A stretch of 64,000 nt of DNA, taken from positions 96,001 to 160,000 of the forward strand of contig JBFWNW010000003.1 in the NCBI GenBank assembly GCA_050250855.1, read 5' to 3'. The DNA comes from Candidatus Babeliales bacterium (GTDB taxonomy: Bacteria; Babelota; Babeliae; Babelales; JACPOV01). Numbering within the stretch: the stretch's first letter is position 1; every line of letters starts with the position of its first letter. The notes under the pieces were generated by a model. It was given only the letters and a program-made list of their open reading frames with translations. It ran no database searches and was not told where the DNA came from. Below are positions 57,530 to 64,000 of the stretch, piece by piece. Position numbers and translations under genes: made by a program.

Positions 57530-57796
57530 ATGAAAAAATCAATCATTCTTTCTTTTATTGGACTAACAATAGCATCTTCTTGGTCATATCTTTCTGCCTC
57601 AGACAAAACCCACACCGTCTATGAAAGTAATTCAACTACTGTTTATGGAAGCGCCAATAAAAGTGAAGTTTCTGTTGGTTTAGTGGTGACGACAAACAAA
57701 GATGTTTTAGGAAAAGCAGCAAAAAAAGCCAAAAAACTCAAAAAGATTAAAAAAGTTAAAAAACTTGGCAAGCATTTAAAGAAAATGAAATTTTAA
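57530..57796 (+). CDS. Small secreted protein with Lys-rich C-terminus
   Basis: Signal peptide; ends GKAAKKAKKLKKIKKVKKLGKHLKKMKF. Confidence 0.7.
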   Translation: MKKSIILSFIGLTIASSWSYLSASDKTHTVYESNSTTVYGSANKSEVSVGLVVTTNKDVLGKAAKKAKKLKKIKKVKKLGKHLKKMKF

Positions 57797-57814
57797 TAAC
57801 TGTAGCTAAAAATG

Positions 57815-57849
57815 GTTAAGGGGGCATGCATTGTAGTCATGCCCTTAAC
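57815..57849. terminator. Hairpin between convergent genes
   Basis: GTTAAGGGGGCATG...CATGCCCTTAAC. Confidence 0.55.
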
Positions 57850-57897
57850 TATTAAAAGATTTTAATTCTGCAATTTCATTTATTTTTCAATTTAAAA

Positions 57898-59241
57898 TTA
57901 GAGCCTCTGGATAAGTGAATTTAGCAATAATGCTAAAAAAACATTCTCTAAATTAGGAGTGATTTGTGCAACCTTGACTGGCTCACTAATTTCTCCTAAA
58001 GTTTTTTGTGTTTCTTGTAAAAGTTGCATAAAAGTATCGTCACTTTCATAGCTTTGGTTGGCAAAATAGTTAATAATATCTTGTAATCTATTTAATGGTA
58101 ACGGCAGCATAGATTTCATCACAGTATAAAACATATCATAATTTAAACTGTTTTCATGCAATAATGAATTTTCATCATACTCATTTGCCAAGCAAAGTAA
58201 TGCTTTGATCTTTTCATCAACATATTTAAGTGGATTTTTTATAATATCTTCAATAGCTGCTTGCAATTTTTTGTTAACAACTTCTTGATTAAAATAAAAC
58301 TGGCTACATGCATTGATATCAGAACCATGTACAAGAAGCAGTGCTATACAATCAATATTATTACTCACAAGAGCACTTACAAGCGGTGTGTAACCTAAAA
58401 TATCTTTTGCATCTATTTCAACTTTAGCATCAATAAGAAGTTTTAAACACTCTACGTGCCCATGCAGAGCAGCCACATGAAGTGGTGTTTCTACATTGTT
58501 ATCTGGCTTATGAATATCAGCACCATGTTTCATAAAAATCTTTGCGCAATCTTTATGACCTCCGCAAATAGCCGCACTAAAAGGTGTTTGACCAGTTGAT
58601 CCATTTATACTATCTATTTCAGCTTTAGAAGCAATGAGCAATTTAACGCAAGCTAAGTTTCCTTTTGCAGCTGCTTTATAAAGAGGAGTTTCTCTTTTTT
58701 CATCTTTGCTATTTACATTCTCATTATTATTCACCAGAAGCTCTAAACAATGGTCTTTCCCTTTTTCAGCAAACAAATGAAGAAGTTTGTTTTTATCTTT
58801 CTTATCAAGCTTTGCTCCATTTAGAAAAAGATATTCTGCACAATCAGCATCTTTTTGAAGAAAGGCTATATCAAGTGGTGTATTTTTAGACAGATCTTTT
58901 GCATCAACCTTAGCACCATTTTTAATAAGCAATTCAGCGCAATCTTTATATCCCTTTTGAACAGCACAATGAAGGGGACTGTTTCCCAAATAATTTGACT
59001 TATTCACATCAGCACCCTGTTGAATGCTTGTTTCAATTGCTTGCAAAATAATTTGATTATGGGTTAAACCCTTTTTCATACCACCAATAAGCCTAGAAAT
59101 ATCATTCTTATTGTGTGCAATAAAAGAAAAAAGATCATATATCTCTGGTCTCTTGAACGGATTATTTTCAACATCTTCTGCCGCGTACAGGGCCCCCGCA
59201 AGACTACAAGTTAGGGTAAAGATGGTAAGTAGTTTTTTCAT
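57898..59241 (-). CDS. Secreted ankyrin-repeat protein
   Basis: About 7 ankyrin repeats (GNSPLHCAV, ETPLYKAA, ETPLHVAA...); signal peptide. Confidence 0.92.
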   Translation of the reverse strand: MKKLLTIFTLTCSLAGALYAAEDVENNPFKRPEIYDLFSFIAHNKNDISRLIGGMKKGLTHNQIILQAIETSIQQGADVNKSNYLGNSPLHCAVQKGYKDCAELLIKNGAKVDAKDLSKNTPLDIAFLQKDADCAEYLFLNGAKLDKKDKNKLLHLFAEKGKDHCLELLVNNNENVNSKDEKRETPLYKAAAKGNLACVKLLIASKAEIDSINGSTGQTPFSAAICGGHKDCAKIFMKHGADIHKPDNNVETPLHVAALHGHVECLKLLIDAKVEIDAKDILGYTPLVSALVSNNIDCIALLLVHGSDINACSQFYFNQEVVNKKLQAAIEDIIKNPLKYVDEKIKALLCLANEYDENSLLHENSLNYDMFYTVMKSMLPLPLNRLQDIINYFANQSYESDDTFMQLLQETQKTLGEISEPVKVAQITPNLENVFLALLLNSLIQRL

Positions 59242-59446
59242 TAATGTAACTCAATTCTGGCTATTTTGGCTGTTTTAAACTTAACTATATTCTCATGGTA
59301 GACAATATTGCATATTTGTCAATGTTGAAAAACATGGCTTCATGCCACAAGCCTTTCGGAAAAATCAAAGCCTGCTACTTTACCATTAAAGAAAAAACAG
59401 TTACAATGACAAATTAATGAAACCATATTAAAGATTAGGATTCTCA

Positions 59447-60013
59447 ATGTCCACCTCAATTATTAAAAAATCATACCTTATCATTCTTCTTTTATGCTCT
59501 ATGCAAGGCATCAAAAGCTCTGAAAATACAGAAACTCCAGTAGTTGACTATCAACAAGCATCCAAAACTCTTACCTGCTTATCACAAAATCCCTTAACCT
59601 TTTTAAGCAATCTTTCAAATACATTAGATCTTAAAGCTATCTATCTATCCCCTCAAGAAAAAGAAGATCTCATAGAAAAGTTAAAAGGTTTAAAACAAGC
59701 TTTTTGCAATCGTTCAAAGCATTCAGTTTTGGTATTACCTCTTCTTGCAACAGTATGCTTGGGCCTTAAAACTCTTTTTGACTATGCTGCAGTAAACTAT
59801 AGTAAAGAGGTCTACAATTCATCATTTTTCTTGTCTGGCATTCATACAGAAAATGTTAATATTTTCATGACCAGTTTATGTCTTTTTATTGGCTGTTTGG
59901 GCTGTTCAATCTTGCTTGAAATGGAACATTCTGAATCTGTTTCTTCATTATTCAGCAAAGAAGAAAAACTTGAACAAAAAATTGATAAACTTATTACAAA
60001 GTTACAACAATAA
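59447..60013 (+). CDS. Hypothetical protein with signal peptide and two TM segments
   Basis: 188-aa ORF with AGGA RBS. Confidence 0.6.
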   Translation: MSTSIIKKSYLIILLLCSMQGIKSSENTETPVVDYQQASKTLTCLSQNPLTFLSNLSNTLDLKAIYLSPQEKEDLIEKLKGLKQAFCNRSKHSVLVLPLLATVCLGLKTLFDYAAVNYSKEVYNSSFFLSGIHTENVNIFMTSLCLFIGCLGCSILLEMEHSESVSSLFSKEEKLEQKIDKLITKLQQ

Positions 60014-60080
60014 ATAATTAACAAGAATTAAGCAATCTGTTTCTTGACAATTACAGGATCAACAATATCTTTTGTAAAAA

Positions 60081-60269
60081 ATTAATACCAGAAGCACTGC
60101 AAGCCGTCATTAACTATTTATTTTCACAAACTGAAACAACTGAAATTGTAGCTTTTTGTAGAGTTGATAACCCTCGCTCACAAAAAGTTCTTGAAAAATG
60201 TGGCTTTATAAAACAAGGCAGCAAGCAAGAAGAAGTTAAGGGTGTAATGGCGATCTTTGATCGCTTTGT
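60081..60269 (+). pseudogene. Duplicated 3' fragment of the RimL-like GNAT gene (direct repeat copy 2)
   Basis: Near-identical to 56934-57122; has no start codon or 5' part. Confidence 0.85.
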
Positions 60270-60509
60270 AAAATTGCAGCAATAAATGACTTGTAATAAA
60301 AATTAGTTTTTCTTTTTTGGTCTTAATAAAAGAGTATCGGTATCATAGGGATATCGAATATTCCACACTTTCGTATTATCTGAAAATGGACCGACAATAT
60401 ACCTTTTGAGCTCCTCTTACAGCACATACTTTTATAAATTTATTGACATTAAAAAAAATTATTTAATAAATTTATATCACGTAAATATTATATTAAAAGG
60501 GGGCCTTTA

Positions 60510-61871
60510 ATGCTGTTTTTTATTCTATTTATTATTTTTATTGCTATTAATGCATCATATCCAGAACTTGATACAAATTTTGGCCAAAATGGTAAAGTCA
60601 TAACTGATCTTGGCCGCAATACCGGTGGTGTTAATTGTTATCATCCATCAATGCATGTTGTAACTCAACCAGATGGAAAAATTATTATCGTTGCAGACAT
60701 TTATAGCAATAATATATTCGCTTCTACAGAAATTGTAGATTCTGATTTTCTTCTCATACGCTACAATCCCGACGGCTCACTTGATAAATCTTTTGGAAAT
60801 CAAGGAGTAGTTGCTCTTAAAATAAGTACAAGCGAAGATCCTGATGACTTTGCATTTGATATTGCTTTGCAAAAAAATGGAAAAATTATCGTTGTAGGCC
60901 AAACATGGCAACGAGGAGGAGGTCTTTCTGATGGTGTCTTACTAAGACTAAATCAAAATGGCTCATTAGACCAATCTTTTGGCAATCAAGGCATTATAAT
61001 AGAAAATTATTATGGCCATATTATTTCAGGCTTCTTTAGAGTTAAACTACAAGATGATGAAAAAATTATCGTTGTTGGTTCAGAAGGCCTTGGAGCACCA
61101 AATGCTGATCCAATAGAAAAAAGCTATCGCCAATTCTTCATTGCTCGCTATATAAAAGAAGGAAAAATTGATACTTCATTTGGTGAAAATGGTTATGCTT
61201 CATCACCATTGCAAGATTATGAGATGAGTTTTATTGATGCTATTCATATACAAAAAAATGGAATTATCCTTGTTGCCGGTGCAACCAATGACGTTCGCAC
61301 GGCAGATGAATGGAAAGAACCTTTAAAACATACTGGCGTCGTAAGATCATATCATCCAGATGGATCTCTTAATGAATCTTTTGGCACTAAAGGAACCGTT
61401 ATTTTACCAAATATGGCAATATTAGATATTATAGAACAAGAAGATGGTAAAATTTTAGCTGTAGGCTTTAGTTATAATGCTGGACATAACACACATTGTT
61501 GGAAGATTATTCAACTACTGCCAAATGGACAGCTAAACTATGATTTTAATAAGATATTCAACGAAAATAATCCTATTGAAGGAACTATTCAAAAATGTGC
61601 CGCAAAAAATATTATAGTTAGCTCAACTAATAAAATTCTTGTTACAGGTTATGCAGAACTTGATGGCAAAAACTGTTTTGCTGTTGCTTGCTATAATGAA
61701 GATGGTAGCCTGGATGAAAACTGGGGCAATGAAGGGAAATTATATACCACCTTCGATTCTTATCATGATAAAAGCCTAGCCCTATCACTTCAAGACAATA
61801 AATTAATAGTTGTTGGTGAAAGCTTTAATGGCACATATTTTAATATCGCTCTTGCACGTTTTTTGCTTTAA
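60510..61871 (+). CDS. Secreted delta-60 repeat beta-propeller protein
   Basis: Repeated Q.DGKI.V.G and RYNPDGSLDKSFGNQG units. Confidence 0.88.
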   Translation: MLFFILFIIFIAINASYPELDTNFGQNGKVITDLGRNTGGVNCYHPSMHVVTQPDGKIIIVADIYSNNIFASTEIVDSDFLLIRYNPDGSLDKSFGNQGVVALKISTSEDPDDFAFDIALQKNGKIIVVGQTWQRGGGLSDGVLLRLNQNGSLDQSFGNQGIIIENYYGHIISGFFRVKLQDDEKIIVVGSEGLGAPNADPIEKSYRQFFIARYIKEGKIDTSFGENGYASSPLQDYEMSFIDAIHIQKNGIILVAGATNDVRTADEWKEPLKHTGVVRSYHPDGSLNESFGTKGTVILPNMAILDIIEQEDGKILAVGFSYNAGHNTHCWKIIQLLPNGQLNYDFNKIFNENNPIEGTIQKCAAKNIIVSSTNKILVTGYAELDGKNCFAVACYNEDGSLDENWGNEGKLYTTFDSYHDKSLALSLQDNKLIVVGESFNGTYFNIALARFLL

Positions 61872-62004
61872 AAAGCAAAATGAAATCAGTCTTTCTTTTT
61901 TGCCATTAATGTAAGAGCATCCATATGCATGACCCATTGCCAGCATACATAAAAAAGCTATTATTTTTTTCATAGAAATTCCATAATTAAAATTATAGAG
62001 AAAC

Positions 62005-62466
62005 TTACTTACCAAAAAATAATTTCCAAATTTTATAAAGAAAGTAACCAGGAATATATTTTTCTGCAGAAGATTTTACTGGATACTGTTTTTTAATTAT
62101 CTTTGGATCTCCAGTACCAGCATAGGATGACAGAATAATATTTTTAGTATCTTCATCCATACTATTATTCTGCATCAAACCAAGCTTATGCAAATTATCT
62201 ACTTTTTCTTTACCAAGAATTTCTGTTGTTATAGATTTTCGCTCTTCTTGTGCATTAGACCACAAAGAGCCCTGAAAATTATAATTTTTTTTATCTGCTG
62301 CACTATAGCGCCATGTCCAATAATAATCTGAGGCTTCAACTTTTTCTAAGCTAGACCAAACTTTATCTATTTTTTCTTGCGGCACATCAACGCCATTGCG
62401 CAATACTGTTGCTTGTACCGATAAAACCATAAAACCAGTCAATAAACTCATCATTATTTTTTTCAT
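62005..62466 (-). CDS. Secreted hypothetical protein
   Basis: Signal peptide ending VQA; AAGGA RBS. Confidence 0.7.
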   Translation of the reverse strand: MKKIMMSLLTGFMVLSVQATVLRNGVDVPQEKIDKVWSSLEKVEASDYYWTWRYSAADKKNYNFQGSLWSNAQEERKSITTEILGKEKVDNLHKLGLMQNNSMDEDTKNIILSSYAGTGDPKIIKKQYPVKSSAEKYIPGYFLYKIWKLFFGK

Positions 62467-62482
62467 AAAATCCTTTATATAT

Positions 62483-62512
62483 AAAAAAAAGGCAGACTTT
62501 CATCTGCCTTTT
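62483..62512 (-). terminator. Rho-independent terminator after rpsT
   Basis: A8-GGCAGA-CTTTCA-TCTGCC-TTTT. Confidence 0.75.
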
Positions 62513-62540
62513 AAATTCTTTATAAAACTTTCAACTACGT

Positions 62541-62810
62541 TTAACGAGTAGCTGCAGCAACTTTTTTTGCAAGGTTGCTAATTTTGCGCTCTACGGTATT
62601 AGCGTGTAAAACGCCTTTACTTTTTGCGCGTGATAATTTTGCTTCTGCATCACGAAGTAACGTTTGCATTTCTTGTGCAGAAAGACCAGTTTCTAAAGCT
62701 GCCACAACTTTTTTTATTGCAGTCTTTATTGCTGTTTTACGCGTCAAGTTTTTTTGACGACGTCCAATATTTTGTTTTGCTCTTTTTTTGGATGACTTAA
62801 GTCTTGCCAT
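62541..62810 (-). CDS. rpsT: 30S ribosomal protein S20
   Basis: KSSKKRAKQ...KGVLHANTVERKISNL. Confidence 0.93.
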   Translation of the reverse strand: MARLKSSKKRAKQNIGRRQKNLTRKTAIKTAIKKVVAALETGLSAQEMQTLLRDAEAKLSRAKSKGVLHANTVERKISNLAKKVAAATR

Positions 62811-62825
62811 TAAAATACCTCTATC

Positions 62826-63026
62826 TTAAACAACTTTTTCAACTTTACCTGCTTTTACACATTTTGTGCAAACAGCACCACGTTTTACCTTGCCTGGCTC
62901 TGTATGTAACTTGAAGCGCATGGTGTGCACATTCGGGTAAAGCCAACGTTTTACACGATTATTAGCATGGCTCACTAAATTGCCAACGGAAGGTTTTTTA
63001 TTACAAACAGTACAAATTCGTGCCAT
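62826..63026 (-). CDS. rpmB: 50S ribosomal protein L28
   Basis: MARICTVCNKKPSVGNLVSHANNRVKRWLYPNV...CTKC. Confidence 0.95.
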   Translation of the reverse strand: MARICTVCNKKPSVGNLVSHANNRVKRWLYPNVHTMRFKLHTEPGKVKRGAVCTKCVKAGKVEKVV

Positions 63027-63092
63027 GATATATTAAATCCTTACTATAATTATGTCTTTAATACTATTACTTTACTAAAACTGATATATTTT

Positions 63093-63887
63093 TCAATCTA
63101 TTTTTACGTTCTGATCATGAAAAAAGCTTAAAAGCTTCCTATGCATGAGATCAGCCCCCGCTACATATGATCGATAACCAGGTATAACCGGCTTGCCTGT
63201 ATAGGTGGAAACTATACCGCCAGCCTCCTGAATTAGTATTAAACCAGCTGCCACATCCCACCACGATAAATCCTCAAAAAAGATACCATCTGCGCGGCCA
63301 CAGGCAACGTATGCCTGATCAAGCGCTATTGCTCCCAGGTGCCTAAATGCATAGGTGCGCGGCGAAATATCCTCAAGATGATGCAGCACACTCAAAAAAG
63401 CTTTACCTTTAGCATACGGAAACCCTACTAAAAAGAGAGAACGGTCCAATGAACGCTCTTTGGATACCGTAATTTTTTGGTCATTCAAAAATGCTCCTGC
63501 TCCCTTTTGAGCGTAAAAAAGCTCATCAAAAAGCGGTACATAGATCATGCCAAAAACCGGCTGCTGTTTGTAAGTCAATGCTACCGATATGCAAAAATAA
63601 GGAATACCAAACGCAAAGTTGGTGGTACCATCAAGGGGATCTATAACCCAACAATAATCCGCATCTTGATTGCCTCGCTTGCCCGATTCTTCAGCAAAAA
63701 ATGATGCTTCCGGCATCACATTGGCAAGCTCTTGCATTAAAAATGTCTCGCTTGCCAGATCAGCTTCGGTCACAAATCCCTGATCTTTTTTATCACGCCA
63801 GGTCATCTGCTTGTGATAATAGAAAAGAAGAATCTCTCCCGCTTTACGTATAATCGGCTCAACCTGTAGCTTAAGCTCTTTATGCAT
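63093..63887 (-). CDS. suhB: Inositol monophosphatase family protein
   Basis: VTEADLASE, WVIDPLDGTTNF and WDVAAG motifs; probable ATG at 63887. Confidence 0.9.
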   Translation of the reverse strand: MHKELKLQVEPIIRKAGEILLFYYHKQMTWRDKKDQGFVTEADLASETFLMQELANVMPEASFFAEESGKRGNQDADYCWVIDPLDGTTNFAFGIPYFCISVALTYKQQPVFGMIYVPLFDELFYAQKGAGAFLNDQKITVSKERSLDRSLFLVGFPYAKGKAFLSVLHHLEDISPRTYAFRHLGAIALDQAYVACGRADGIFFEDLSWWDVAAGLILIQEAGGIVSTYTGKPVIPGYRSYVAGADLMHRKLLSFFHDQNVKID

Positions 63888-64000
63888 CAGCAAGTGCCTT
63901 ATCTGTTAAACGAAAACTTTCACGCGGTTCAATACCCAAAAGCTTATAAATTTCATCAGCATACAATGTTTCTTTTTCAAGAAGTGTTTTTGCCAAGAGA
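63880..64000 (-). CDS. ftsH: C-terminal end of a probable FtsH protease (runs off window end)
   Basis: Minus strand reads LLAKTLLEKETLYADEIYKLLGIEPRES...ADA*, matching the FtsH C-terminal LA..LLE.ETL...EI pattern. Confidence 0.65.
   Translation of the reverse strand, partial: LLAKTLLEKETLYADEIYKLLGIEPRESFRLTDKALADA

Noticed and set aside
37344..62466. Integron (tyrosine recombinase followed by cassette-like GNAT/APH/HIT genes)
   Set aside because: The recombinase looks like XerC/D, is coupled to mrdA and shows no IntI-specific insertion. Downstream genes are in mixed orientation and I saw no repeated attC sites.
1649..63704. Numerous 60-160 aa ORFs nested in or antisense to long genes (e.g. 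1649-1912, 15135-15626, 38375-38710, 55831-56184)
   Set aside because: They overlap well-supported genes and lack recognisable motifs; treated as shadow ORFs.

Overview
AT-rich bacterial chromosome segment. It carries an ADP/ATP translocase, several signal-peptide-bearing ankyrin proteins, DUF2608 and delta-60 proteins, and many lineage-specific secreted ORFs. This content points to an obligate intracellular parasite of protists, most likely Candidatus Dependentiae/Babelota (TM6); that assignment is an inference. Positions 1-39979 are mostly housekeeping: gyrA 5' end, lepA, grpE, ssb, pgsA, mnmA, argS, sbtAB, tsf-pyrH-frr, tRNA-Lys, tRNA-Leu, tig-like, trxB, rpmH-rnpA, phoH, thrS, nth, xerC-like and mrdA, interleaved with candidate secreted effectors. 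Positions ~39980-62470 are an accessory region (ankyrins, APH, clostripain, racemase, ubiquitin-like, Fic, HIT, GNATs, ABC, translocase, delta-60), followed by rpsT, rpmB, suhB and the probable 3' end of ftsH. The strongest novel candidate is at 33680-37260. There an unannotated 27-aa peptide gene with a strong RBS lies divergent from a membrane-bound ~7TM/degenerate-AAA+/HTH regulator, which is followed by a stand-alone paralog of its membrane domain; this may be a peptide-signalling system. Other highlights: an uncalled HctB-like histone-like gene, a secreted ubiquitin-like protein, tyrosine-motif effector paralogs, Cys-tailed mini-proteins, a recurrent signal-peptide+M[DEQ] junction, and a protein with a mitochondrial-presequence-like segment. 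All calls come from reading motifs by eye; no database searches were run.
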